Below, one piece after another: positions 1 through 12,540 of a DNA stretch of 64,000 nt. Each line of letters opens with the position of its first letter. The first letter of the stretch is position 1. Under the pieces are notes generated by a model, which was not told the origin of the DNA, did not search any database, and saw only the letters and a list, made by a program, of their open reading frames with translations. Position numbers and translations under genes: made by a program. The DNA comes from Selaginella moellendorffii (lineage: Eukaryota > Plantae > Lycopodiophyta): assembly GCF_000143415.4 (NCBI RefSeq), contig NW_003314270.1:1168722-1232721 (forward strand). The letters are read 5' to 3'.

Positions 1-704
1 AGTGAGGTCCAAGAACCAGTCTTGAAGGAACTTTCTAGTGGTGCTTCCAAACTGACTTGAGGTTGAGACTGGGGCCGAAGGGCCTTGGGTGGGAGTGAGC
101 ATGGGCCTGAGTGGTGCCAGAGGGGCCACCCAGGGAAGTGCTCAAGAGCAGCTCCCACTCCCGAAAGGGAAACTGACTGCGGTGCTCCCGGCTCAGGTGG
201 AGTGGTGCCCCACTTGAGTACCTTGTGGCTCATTGGTCCTCGCCCTTCCTAGGGGCTTGGGCCTTCCCTTCGGGATGGAAGTGGGGGGGTAGAGGTAACC
301 ATACCGGGCCGTTAGGCCACGGTGTTTTGCCCCGACGTCCCGAAGCAAGTACTGCACCCAAGGCTTGGGATTTAGAGGGTCCCATGATCAAGTCTTGTGG
401 TACCTTGGGGTGTTAGGAATCTGGAGGCTTGGTGTGCTTGGCTGCTTGTGCCTGCGGGGAGTGTAGCCGAACCTTAAGTCCAGTCTAACCCGGGGAGGGG
501 GATTGGGAGAGATTTGGGAATCTGTAGATGGATGGCTAACACTCTGTTGCTCGTGCAGTGAGTAGCTGAAACCAAGTAGGACCAAGTAGGAGCTGGTACC
601 ATAGGCGAGAACCTTGGCGAGGGAACTTAGCACAAGCCAAGGCAGAGTTGGTCGGATAGTCGAGATAAGCTGGCAAATTGGAAAGGAAAATTTTGTGGCT
701 TACA
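1..704 (+). repeat. 5' LTR (partial)
   Basis: Matches 6346-7049 with ~15 substitutions by eye; ends ...CTTACA. Confidence 0.97.
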
Positions 705-707
705 ATT

Positions 708-720
708 TGGTATCGGAGCC
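708..720 (+). promoter_or_regulatory. Primer-binding site, tRNA-iMet type
   Basis: TGGTATCGGAGCC 3 nt after the LTR end (canonical TGGTATCAGAGC). Confidence 0.9.
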
Positions 721-3700
721 TCTTCCTCAGTTCTAGCGAAGGATAGAGGCGGATTGCTGGGAGATGGCAAGGGTAGGACGTAAGCGAACCCAGGCGGAGA
801 CAGAACCTCCTCCAGAGCTGGAGCCTCCGGTCGAACAGGAGGCTATGGATGAGGAATCGTTGCATGAGGAGGACTCTAGTGAGGCAACTTCCAAACAAGA
901 GTCCGGTAGTGAGGTTCGGTCGTCCAAGGCTCGATTCGACGTTCTAGAAGGACAATTGGCACAGACCAATGCCCTGCTAGAGACTCTCGTACGCAAGCTA
1001 AAGCATGATGAGAAGCGGAAAAAAAAGCAAAAGACTGCGGATGCTGGCAGCGCAGAAGGTGCGGACCCTTTGGCAGGGACTGAGGCAAAACCAGACAAGG
1101 TCGAACAGACCAAAGTGGAATCAGTCCCTCAGGCAGTTCCCAAGTACAAACCGAAGCCCCCACCGGTCTTCAAGGGAGTGAATGACTATAAGGTGGTGGA
1201 GGATTGGTTTTACGATATGGAGGACTACTTCCGAGCATTGCGATTACCGAGCTCGGAGAAGGTCCCATGTGCAAAACCATACTTGGCAGATAATGCCAAG
1301 TCTTGGTGGAGAACGACAGAGGCCAATGAAGGACCGGTGGCCACTTGGGAAATGATGAAGGTGAGGATCCGCGCAACTTACGTTCCTCCGAATGTTACTC
1401 TGCATCTAAGGGATGAGCTGAGTAGGCTGAAGCAGACCGGAACCATTTAGGAGTATGTGAATGGGTTTATGGCAAAGAGGATACTTGTCACGGACATGGG
1501 GGATATGGATGCGTTCCATGCCTTCATATCAGGTTTGCAAACCTGGGCTCGCGGCGAAGTAATGCGGTGGAACCCGACCAACTACAAGGAAGTGTTGGAT
1601 GCGGGCATCAAGGTGCATTTCAATGATAACCTGTGAAAGGGGAACACGACGGGGTCGGGATCCACGTTTAGCAAAGGGGCCAAACCAAGGGGAACGTTTA
1701 GCAGAGGGAAATTCAAGAGGAGTTTCTCTAAGAATGAGTCCTCGGGGTTCCGGAAAGGCAAATCCGGTGGCCAGCGAGCGAGTACGTGGGGGAGTCAAGT
1801 GAAAAGAGACAAACCCACGGATAAGAAGGTCAAGTCGTATAGCAGCGTGGGAAACAACGTATGCTACAACTGCGGTGAAGCGGGACACTTCTCGAGGGAA
1901 TGTCCCTACCCGAAGAAGGCCAGAGCCAATATGGCCATCAAGTCGGGTGAAGTCCAAACGGAGGTATGTGATCCAATCCCTAACTCAAAGTTACTCATTA
2001 CACGAGCAACTTTGGTAGAGAGTCGTTCGCGACATCTACTAGCCCTCCGAGGGAAGCTCGGAGGTAGCTTTGTTAAAATCCTTATTGACACGGGTGCTTC
2101 AGATAATTTTGTGGCTGCAGACATAGTCCGGCAAGCCGGACTAACGGTGCAGCGGCTAGGCGAACCAAGGACTATAGAGTTTGTTCAAGGTAGCCAAAGC
2201 ACCGATGAGGTACTTCGACAAGCGAGAGTCGAAGTGGGGACTTGGAAGTTGGACATGGATTTCACTGTATTGGACATGGCGGGATTTGACGTGATCTTCG
2301 GAATGGACTGGTTCAATCGATTCGTGGTAGCCCTGCATGGACAAGGTAGAAACTTTGTGGTACTGGCGAATGCCCAAGGAAGAAGATCTAGGGTGGAGGC
2401 CCAAGATCTAAAGGTAGGGCAAAGCAAAGCCAAAGATTCCTACTTAAACCTGGTGTCCATGAGAGGACAACTCACTAAAGGAACTAAGGTGGCCTTTTTG
2501 TGCTTACTCTCGGTGAAGAGTGACAAAAAGACAGGAATGGAAGAAGTACCTTTAGTGATCCAGCGGGTGTTGGACCAATTCCAGGATACCATGCTGGAGG
2601 AGCTACCGGCGGGGCTACCCCCAGCACGACCGATAGAACATAAGATTGAGCTGGTCGAGGGTGCTGAGGCAGTGGTTCGTCCCCCTTATCGTCTGAACGA
2701 AAAAGAACTCAAGGAGCTCAAGTGCCAACTAGAGGAGTTGGTGGACAAAGGGTATGTTAGGTTGAGCAAGTCGCCGTATGGGGCGCCGGTGTTATTTGTG
2801 AAAAAGAAAGATGGATCTATGCGCATGTGCATATACTACCGGTTGCTCAACAAGTATACAAAGAAGAACAAGTACCCTTTGCCAAGGATTGAGGACCTGT
2901 TCGATAGGTTGGGAAAGGCAAAATACTTCTCGAGGATTGACCTAAGGTCAGGATACTACCAGATCAGGGTAGCCGAGGAAGATGTCGAGAAGACAACCTA
3001 TTGAACGAGGTATAGGAGCTTTGAGTTTCTGGTGATGCCCTTCAGGCTATGCAATGCGCTGGCAACGTTTTCGGCGCTAATGAACCACATCTTTGTACCC
3101 TATCTGGATCACTTCGTGGTCGTCTATATCGACGACATCCTGATCTATAGCGAGACGCTAGAGGAGCATGCCGAACACTTGGCGAAGGTGTTTGAGAAAC
3201 TAAGGGAACACAAGCTATATGCTAAAGAGAGCAAATGTGACTTTGCTCAACAAGAGGTAAAGTTTCTCGGGCATGTGGTGGGCCAGGACGGGCTCAAGGT
3301 GGACCCAGAGAAGGTCCAAGCGATCCAGGAATGGGAGCGACCATCCAATGTACACGAGTTGAGGGCATTCCTGGGGCTATGCAACTACTATCGAAAGTTT
3401 ATCAGACACTATTCAAGAGTAGCCCTGCCCTTAACGGACCAAACAGGAAAAGGGAAGATGGTGTGGACAGCGGAATGCGAGGCGGCATTCGTCCACCTCA
3501 AAGGGAAGTTGAGGAAGGCTCCCGTATTGGCATTACCAGACTTTGGTAAGGACTTTGAGGTAGAAACGGATGCTTCGGACTTTGCGTTGGGCACAGTTTT
3601 GAAGCAAGACAACCATCTGGTAGCGTTCTTCTCGAAGAAGCTGGACAAGGCTCAACGGAAGTGGCCTGCCCACGAGAAGGAATTGTTTGCGGTGGTCAAG

Positions 3701-4637
3701 GCGCTCAAGGAGTGGTGACACTACCTTGGGAGACACTTCAAGGTTTACACGGACAATGTGGCAACGAAACACTTCTTGTCACAGCCCGACCTAAGAGGGA
3801 AACAAGGTCGGTGGGCCAATGCCTTGGCCGAGTTTGATTGCGAAATTCTGTACAAGCCTGGGAAGAGCAACATCGTGGCGGATGCGCGAAGTCGGAAAGC
3901 GAGCTTGAGGTTGGCAATATCCAGCGCAACAGCAACCTTCTGGGACGATGTGCGGACAGCATATGAGAACGATGGTCTAGCACAAGAAGTGTTGCTGAGG
4001 AATCTAGTGGCACGGGAAGCTCACCAAAGAGGTGAGCTGCCAACGGAAGAGAAAATGGGCTATGCGGAACGCAATGGACTCATTTATTACAAGCAAACGA
4101 GGGTGTATGTTCCAGAAGGGGAACTAAGGAAGGTGGCCTTAGAAGAGTGTCATGACGGACCTCTTGTGGGACACGGTGGAGTGCCCAAGACGATGGGCTT
4201 ACTCAAAAGGAAGTACCATTGGCCAGATATGGCTAAGGACGTCCAAGACTATGTAAAGACATGTCCAACATGTCAGCAGGTAAAAGCCGTGACTAAGGCT
4301 AGTGGGGGCTTGTTGCAAAGCATCCCAATTCCAGATCGCCTATGGAAATGTCTTACGATGGACTTCATCACGAGACTCCCCCCAAGCGAGGGGTTTGATG
4401 TGATATTCGTGGTGGTGGACCGATTTTCGAAAATGGCACACTTCATACCCACCACAACGGAGGTGGATGCGGAAGGTGTGGCAAAGCTGTTCTTCGAACA
4501 AGTGGTTCGAGTGCGGGGAAGACCGGAAGAGATCATCTCAGATCAAGATAAGATCTTCACCAGTAGGTTCTAGAGGACTCTCCTGGAATAGTATCGCACC
4601 AAGTTGAAATTCAGCACAGCCTATCACCCACAGACAG

Positions 4638-4683
4638 GTATGGGGTATTGAGTCAAGTTGTTGGCACTAACACTTCTTGACAG
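4638..4683 (+). other. 46-nt spliceosomal intron in the integrase core
   Basis: GTATGG...CTAAC...GACAG; removal restores the conserved YHPQT-D-GQTER. Confidence 0.85.
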
Positions 4684-5101
4684 ACGGACAAACGGAAAGG
4701 GTGAATAGGCAGCTGGAGGATTATTTGCGATGCTATGTCTCGGGAGACCAAACCGATTGGGTAAGTCATTTGGGACTTGCGGAAATGTGTTATAACAACT
4801 CACCACATTCGAGTATCGGGGTGAGTCCATGGGAAGTCATCAATGGGCGAGCTATTGAAGGTCCTGTGGAACTCGGCGTGGCCGAGTATCATGGAGAGTT
4901 GCCCGCAGTGGAGGCATTCACAGCGGAAAGACTCAGCATTTGGAATCTAGTGAGGGATTCCTTGGAACGGGCTCAACAAAGGCAAACCAAATACGCGAAT
5001 CAGAAGCGTCGGGATGTAGAGTTCCAAGCTGGGGAGAAGGTGTGGCTGAACACCAAGAATCTCAGACTACCAAGTGGGATCAGCCGAAAGTTGACCCAAA
5101 G

Positions 5102-5153
5102 GTAAAGATGCATGTATTCCTGTAAATGAATTGATCTTGAGTTCCTTAAGCAG
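5102..5153 (+). other. 52-nt spliceosomal intron in the integrase C-terminal (GPY/F) region
   Basis: GTAAAG...GCAG; removal restores KLTQ-R-FAGPYEI. Confidence 0.85.
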
Positions 5154-5925
5154 GTTCGCGGGGCCTTACGAGATTGAGGCACGAATCGGTAAAGTGGCTT
5201 ACCGACTCCGACTTCCTCGAGAGATGGGGAAGATGCACCCAATGTTCCACGTGAACTTACTCAAGCCGTACTTTGAGGATCCGCTTCGCAAGGACCAAGT
5301 GAGACCTTTACCTGAGGTTATCCAAGGGGAAGAGGAATATGAAGTCGAGGCCATCCTCAATGCGCGCAAGAGCAAGCGACAAGGACGCGAGGTGAGAGAG
5401 TTCCATGTGAAGTGGAAAGGATTTCCACACTGCGAAGCAACATGGGAACCGGAGGAGAACCTAGCGAACGCGTGAGATCTAGTGGAGGAATTTCTGCAAG
5501 GCAAAACTCTATGTAGTTATGCAAAATTCAATTAAAAATATCAATTAGCAAAGTTGAGCAAGTGGCATATGTTAGGACCCGAAGGCGCGCCAAAGGTAAG
5601 CTAATTAGCATGGGTTGGATAGGTTGACCAGGCATAGGGCACTACGCCCAACTCCCCACGGGGATGTCGAATCCGTAGACGTATTATAAGGAGGTTGGGT
5701 TCGAGTCCCAACCCCCTAGTAAAGCAAGGCTGGGTTCAAGTCCCGACCCCATACTAGGGCGTGGTGAGGTGAGGAGTATAGGGACACCTATATTCCGTTG
5801 TCATGGGCTCTTGGCCGGAGAGGCTAACTTAGGCACACTGCTAAGTGGGGGGATGCCCCCGGAGACATGGTCAACAAGCCGTAGGATAAAACGAGATGTT
5901 CGATGTGGGCATCGAACTTCTTCTA

Positions 5926-5938
5926 TGGGTGGTGGAGT
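5926..5938 (+). promoter_or_regulatory. Polypurine-tract-like sequence
   Basis: G-rich GGGTGGTGGAGT directly before the TGTAAG LTR start. Confidence 0.6.
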
Positions 5939-7049
5939 TGTAAGGAACTGACTCCCCAAGATGTCGTAGGCTAAAGGATCCCCAAAAGCTTGACCGAAAT
6001 GACAAAGAGTTCATCGGATGGGACCAAGTCGAGGATCGAGTCCAAGACCGACTCTAGGACCGAGTTCGAGTCCGAGTTCGAGACCGAGTTCGAGATGGAG
6101 TCCGAGATCCGAAATCGGGTCCAAGACCGAGTCCGAGGTTGAGTTCGAGGTCGGGTCCGAGATCGGGTCCGAGATCGAGTCCGAGATCGAGTTCGAGACC
6201 GAATCCGAAGTCGGATCCGAAATCGGGTCCGAGATTGAGCCAGAGACTAAGTCCAAATACTAATACGGGTCAAGGGGTGAAAGCCCAAAGCGTGCGTCTC
6301 CCAGGGCGGGGGGGCTGCAGGGGGTTCCAAAAGTATAGTAGGGATAGTGAGGTCCAAGAACCAGTCTTGAAGGAACTCTCTAGTGGTGCTTCCAAACTGA
6401 CTTGAGGTTGAGACTGGGGCCGAAGGGCCTTGGGTGGGAGTGAGCATGGGCCTGAGTGGTGCCGGAGGGGCCACCCAGGGAAGTGCTCAAGAGCAGCTCC
6501 CACTCCGGAAAGGGAAACCGACTGCGGTGCTCCCGGCTCAGGTGGAGTGGTGCCCCACTTGAGTACCTTGTGGCTCATTGGTCCTCGCCCTTCCTAGGGG
6601 CTTGGGCCTTCCCTTCGGGATGGAAGTGGGGGGGTAGAGGTACCCATACCGGGCCGTTAGGCCACGGTGTTTCGCCCCGATGTCCCGAAGCAAGTGCTGC
6701 ACCCAAGGCTTGGGATTTAGAGGGTCCCATGATCAAGTCTTGTGGTACCTTGGGGTGTTAGGAATCTGGAGGCTTGGTGTGCTTGGCTACTTGTGCCTGC
6801 GGGGAGTGTAGCCGAACCTTAAGTCCAGTCTAACCCGGGGAGGGGGATTGGGAGAGATTTGGGAATCCGTAGATGGATGGCTAACACTCCGTTGCTCGTG
6901 CAGTGAGTAGCTGAAACCAAGTAGGACCAAGTAGGAGCTGGTACCATAGGTGAGAACCTTGGCGAGGGAACTTAGCACAAACCAAGGCAGAGTTGGTCGG
7001 ATAGTCGAGGTAAGCTAGCAAATTGGAAAGGAAAATTTTGTGGCTTACA
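5939..7049 (+). repeat. 3' LTR, 1111 bp
   Basis: TGTAAG...CTTACA terminal inverted hexamer; identity to 1-704. Confidence 0.93.
6020..6250 (+). repeat. Degenerate 6/12-bp tandem array inside the LTR U3
   Basis: Repeats of CCGAGATCGRGT / CCGAGTTCGAGT. Confidence 0.85.
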
Positions 7050-7059
7050 GTGACCTTAC

Positions 7060-10000
7060 CTTGTGCAGGTTGTGAGCTCGGCCCAACATGGGTATCTTCA
7101 ACAGTAGCTGTTAACGTTGTTTCAGCATCTGGGGGTGGCCATGCTCCTGTATACAGAGCTTGTGAGATAACATTTAAACTTAAAGTGCGTACTCACTAGG
7201 TTCGTAGAGAAGATACTGTTTTTCTTTGGCAACTGTAATTATATGCTCCATTGAAGTCACCTCTTCAATGGAGTTTGTCACCGCAACACACGGGACACCT
7301 TTGAGTAGTGCGGCTCGAAAGAATAGTCCGTCGCAGTTGTACTCGACAATGCATTTGCCCTTTGAGTCACCTGCTATTGCGTTGAAGACCCAGCTGAGCA
7401 TTTCCCATGCTGCACCTGGAGCTTTCTCTGGATTCGAAAGCTCCATAGCCGTCTTCAGTTCCTTAGGCATGGGTAAATTAACCTCCCTTAGATCAATTCG
7501 ATCGGCCTTGTCGAACGAAGCTGGGAAGTCACTCCAATCCCACTCTGCTGCAGGACCAATAACAAGGGTGAGTGTGAAGATGCGGACATTTATTGGTATC
7601 TTCTTCTTAGCCATTATCCCATGGATCTCCCGCATCTCCTTGCCTTTCAACCGAGCCTTCACCTCGTTCAACGCCTTCCAGAACTTGTGATAGGATTCGG
7701 AGTCGTAGATCATATAGTGGACTGAAGATTCCACCTCCGCAAGTCCCACCATTAAGTCAATGATGGAGCTGACTTTGTCTGCATGAGTGATCTCCTCGTT
7801 TGTGAAGTCCATCACACAAAAGATGTTCTTGACCTGCTCATTTCCGTGGGAAACGATGCTCCTCCACCTTTGATCCTCATCCGAATTCACGTATACCTGG
7901 TAAGGTTCTCGATAGGCCTCTGCTGCGGGGTCGAGCTGTTTCTGAAGCCGGCGGTCGACATCCCTCTTAATGAAATTTGGATACTGATCCAACTTCTCAG
8001 CTTTACTTTTCGTGGCATCCCACAGCAAATCGATGAACTTGGGGGCCCCCTTCACGTACTCGTCGATGTCTTCATTTGACAACTCCAGCTCTTCCATCAT
8101 CTCTTGCGTGGTGTCGATGCTCACCCTCTCCACGGCCACTTGCTCGAAGATCCAATCCTTCAATAGCGTATGTCACAATATGGCCGGGAGTCATTTTGGT
8201 CTTGTTGAAGACTACCTCACCACGTAGAAGAGCATTAGCCACTGTCAGAAGGTCGTCGTCGTCTAGAGACCGCAAGAAACGCAAGGCGTTGAGCTTCAAA
8301 TCATTGGGCTTCCGGCCGTCCTCCACACCTATTGAGTTTAGCAACTCCCCGTCATAGTACCTCCTCAGCACATCTACCCATTTGTCAAAAACAACTTTTG
8401 TCGCGAGTAGAATGTTATGGATGTTGAGTGTGTCATTGACCCCCAGTGTTTTCGAGAGAAGACTCGAGAATTCCTGCAATGGAAATGGCGTGAGGCCACA
8501 TGCTATGCCACATGCAACGAGGCTTACCTGCCAGGCGCTAGTTGCTAGTGCACGTCCTTGTCCTGGTTTTTGTGGCTTCTTCAGTTGAACCTAGAGCTTC
8601 CGTGTTCGTGCCAATGTCTCGTGTAGACCCGATTTGTAGCACGTTTCTTGCTTGACATTCTGCGTGTGGGAGATGCATATGATAGATCGGAGGGGCGAGT
8701 TGCCTTTTATCAGGCGGACAACTCTTGTCTTGAAGACTTTCTTCACCTCCTCGCCCACCATAATATCCACAACTATCTCTTGCATCGCCAAGCTAGAATG
8801 CTGCCCGGAGACGGCATAGAACCAGATGTTCTGATCGTCCAACACCTTCCTATTGATCAAGTCTGGAAACCTCGTCTCGCCCTTCATTGTTCGGTAGTAG
8901 GGGATCACGTCTGCGATGTCGGGTGTTACTGGACTTGCCAGCATCTTCTGCTTCAATTTCTCCACCCACTCATCAGATACTAGCCTGTGGTGGTATTTGC
9001 TTTGGATGTCGCTACGGCTCACGTCGATTGTATATACTTTGTTGGAATAGTAACAAGTACTATTATTTGCGACGATTTTTGCTGCCTCTTCTTGCTCTTT
9101 CTGCTCTTTGTGGCTCTTCTTTTTGGTGGGTGTAGTGTTCGAACCCGAGGCAATGGCATCACCAAGTAGCTTCTTTTTTGGAGCAGGAGAGTCGGACGTC
9201 GGCTTGAGCTTGACCACCCTTTTCTGCTTCGGGGTAGTTTCCAGGTCGACTCCCTTCCCCTTCGCTTCGCGAACTGGAGGCACTCTCAATGGCTCAATGT
9301 TGGAATATAGTTTTTGAACATCGCCGTAGGTGAAGTCCGTGGATTCTATGTGATCTTCATAGACCCGCAGCGTCTTTGAAATTGTGGGCCTCTTGGACAA
9401 CCTCTCCCTACCTCTCCCTAGGAATTCCTCATAGCCGCTGCCCCCCTCCGGGAAGCCGCTAGGATGTGCAAGGTGGATCTTGAAGGCGGATGCTGTCTCT
9501 ACCACAAGTGCCAGTCCATATTCTTGCATGGAACTGCATGGAGTGTCTGTCACTTGGATGAGGATCCCCATGCATTCTTTTCTCCTACCATTTGTGTTGT
9601 ACAGCCTCAAATCCTCACCTTCCATCCCGAAAGTCCAACTGGTGAGCTCCTCCCCCTTCTCTGCATCCACATTGACAGTGGCTGGAAGAAGAACGCAATT
9701 CCTCGCCTGTTCAGAAATGTACAACAATTAGAGGTGACAGATGAAAAGCTAGCAGCTGGAAATAATGTGAGGCCACACGCCATTCACCACTGCATCAGAT
9801 GTCTTGAGGCTGCATCCTAAGATGGCGTGAGGCTACACGCCATTTGTAACCGGACTGCACTTGAGAGCCCAATCGGTGCATGCCAATGTTACTACTGAAT
9901 GGCATGTGGCCTCATGCCATTTTCTACTTGCCCTAAAAGACTTACCATTTGAAGCCGAATGGAGGCGTGACAACCGGACTTGCTGGTGAATGTGCACTGT

Positions 10001-10330
10001 GTGTGCAGCGGATCGTAGCAGCAACGCTACTCTACCACTTACAGTTGGAGAGTGGTGCTGAAATCTCCCGGGACGCCAAGTGGGCTGCGTGTGGGTGGCG
10101 GAGTGGGTGGCAGAGTTGGCAGCGAAGTTACAAACTGGGTGTGTCTTGAAGTGGATGCCGATGCACACGAGCGCGATGCAAGCGCAAGTGTGATGCAAGC
10201 GCGAGTGGACGCTGATGCACACGAGAAACCTGTAGAGAAGGTAGATGAGCGTGAATGTGAGCGTGATCGCGAGTGGGAGCGCGATGCAAGCGCGAGTACG
10301 AAGCAAAATGCAAAACCTAACCTCACACGC
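7060..10330 (-). pseudogene. Multi-exon transposon cargo gene: ParB/Srx-like domain plus degenerate beta-class methyltransferase-like C-terminus
   Basis: HRLVSDEWVEKLKQKM...FYAVSGQHSSLAM (ParB/DGQHR-like); EKAPGAAWEMLSW...CIVEYNCDGLFFRAALLKGVPCVAV (motif X-I-like); stop at 8591, frameshift ~8170; GT-AG introns ~8474-8527 and ~7148-7196; 5' extent uncertain. Confidence 0.6.
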
Positions 10331-10604
10331 GCGAAATGTCACGACGGTTGGTAATCCCGCCACATCATCATTCCTCGGACTTGGGCGCCACCATTAATTT
10401 CTGGATCGCCGCGCGCATGCATGCACGTGAAATCCAAAAGAAATCCGCAACGTCATCATTCCTTGGACTGCATGCACGTGAAATCCAAAAGAAAGATCAT
10501 GATTGGGATATCATTTAATACCCTCGCTATATTTATACCATACATGATTGGATATTCCAAAGCATCTTGTATTTCCAAAAATGCCAGATGTTCAGCTAAA
10601 TAAA

Positions 10605-12540
10605 GAATGGTATACAATGTCCTTCTTGATGACCCTGCAAAGAAGCATCTCGATCGGACACCACATGAGACCACACGAGCTTTACAATGTTTCAGGGGCA
10701 TTTGCCATAGATCCAACCGTTATTTTGCTCCAAGATTCTACAGTTTTGTGTGCATTGACCTTTCCATCGACATTGCAAAGGGACATCACAATCAAATGCG
10801 GGATCACAAGAAACAAACTTCACTAACTCTAGTTTCACCAAGATCTACGTAAGGAGTTATGAAATGAAAGGAACCTCTCTATTGAAATGGTCCTAGGGGC
10901 ATTGTGACATATCAAAGGATTTTGCATCAAGTTCTGTATTTGCATGTTTATCAAGCTATTGAATTGCTAAACCCTAAACCCTCCCTAAATATGTGGCAAA
11001 TGCTGCGTGAAGAAAGATGCCCTTTCTGGGCAAATGCTGTAAGAGGCAGATGCCGAGCAGTTACACGGCGAATAATCTTGGCGCGGATCGCTGACATGGC
11101 ATGGCAAAGTTCGAATCACTGACATGGCACAGCTGGATCAAGGCAAGGACATGATGTGACAAAGTTCAACATCCGACAGCAAAGTCTAAAAGCTACTCAA
11201 TTTGAAATTTGTCAGAGGAATTATAAGATCTGGTTTGTCAGAGGATTTGATGTGACGTTCAAGCGTGTGGGCTCATGCAATTTTGATCCCAAAAAATGCA
11301 CCAAAAAATGCTCAGCGTCATCTGGCGTTATCTCTTGAATGGCGTGAGGCCGCATGCCATTTTTAGGGGCACATAGGAGTATATTCCTAGAATATTCGAC
11401 ACGTGCAAGACTTTTTTGAGTTTTTTAAAGATCCAACCGTTAGATCGCAACTAGATTTTACAGAATGGTATACAATGTCTTTCTTGATGACCCTGCAAAG
11501 AAGCATCTCGATCGGACACCACATAAGACCACACGAGCCTTACAATGTTTCAGGGGCATTTGCCATAGATCCGACTGTTATTTTGCTCCAAGATTTTACA
11601 GTTTGGTGTGCATTGACCTTTCCATCGACACTGCAAAGGGACATCACAATCAGATGCGGGATCATAAGAAACTAACTTCATTAACTCTGGTTTCACCAAA
11701 ATCTACGTAAGGAGTTATGAAATGAAAGGACCCTCTCTATTGAAATGTGTTTATGGTCCTAGGGGCATTGTGACATATTAAAGGATTTTGCATCAAGTTC
11801 TGTATTTGCATGTTTATCAAGCTATTGAATTGCTAAACCCTAAACCCTAAACCCTAAACATGTGGCAAATGCTGCGTGAAGAAAGATGCCCTTTCTGGGC
11901 AAATGCTGTAAGAGGCAGATGCTGAGCAGATGTATCTCAGGCTAGCGAAGGGGACAAACGAAAGCTAGCTATAAACATGATGGGATGCAAATAGATTACT
12001 AGGCTGGTCCTGCAAAAATCAAAAACCATAATTGAAAACATTGAAAATGCAAAAAGAAAGGTTTATAATATTTTTGAATTTTAAGCAACCAAAGGAATGT
12101 AAGTAGGGCATGTGTTTGTAAGTTTAAAAATGCCTCAACCACTTAAATTCCCAAGTAAATATTCCCAAGTAAGTTTCTATTTTTGGTACAAGTAAACTTT
12201 ATAGCGTGTGGGCTCATGCAATTTTGAACCCAAAAATGCACCAAAAAATGCTCGACTAGCATTATTCTTTGAATGGCGTGTGGCCTTATATTGCCATAAA
12301 TGGACGTACACACACAGCATAATTATTCCTTTACACGGCGAATAATCTTGGCGTGGATCACTGACATGGCATGGCAAAGTTCGAATCACTGACATGGCAC
12401 AGCTGGATCAAGGCAAGGACATGATGTGACAAAGTTCAACCTCCGACAGCAAAGTCTAGAAGCTACTCAGCTTGAAATTTGTCAGAGGAATCATAAGATT
12501 TGGTTTGTCAGAGGATTTGATGTGACGTTCAAGCGTGTGT
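10605..12540 (+). repeat. Local segmental duplication in the spacer between the divergent genes
   Basis: 10605-11055 matches ~11463-11925; 11062-11270 matches ~12330-12537; 11262-11360 matches ~12203-12290. Confidence 0.9.

Larger units (their letters stand above)
764..5535 (+). pseudogene. gag-pol polyprotein (Gag, Zn knuckle, protease, RT, RNase H, integrase, chromodomain) with premature stops and two introns
   Basis: [45 protein letters not shown] Zn motif, MDFIT/ISDQD/GQTER, YEVEAIL..VKWKGF..ATWEPEENL; in-frame stops at ~1448, 1634, 3002, 3716, 4571, 5473. Confidence 0.93.
1..7049 (+). mobile_element. Ty3/gypsy chromovirus LTR retrotransposon (5' end outside the window), pseudogenised
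   Basis: LTRs 1-704 and 5939-7049 at a constant offset of 6345; PBS; gag-CCHC-PR(DTGA)-RT(YIDD)-RH-IN-chromodomain order; PPT. Confidence 0.97.

Noticed and set aside
225-633. Short ORFs duplicated at 6456-6978
   Set aside because: Incidental frames in LTR sequence
6011-6263. ORFs with SDPI/EIGSE repeats, and a possible CRISPR-like array
   Set aside because: Translation of a degenerate tandem array in the LTR; no repeat-spacer structure
10548-11710. Paired ~90-aa ORFs (WYTMSFLMTLQRS...)
   Set aside because: Similarity is explained by the local DNA duplication; no recognisable domain
11835-11858. (AAACCCT)3 telomere-like repeat
   Set aside because: Short interstitial telo-box expansion, not a telomere
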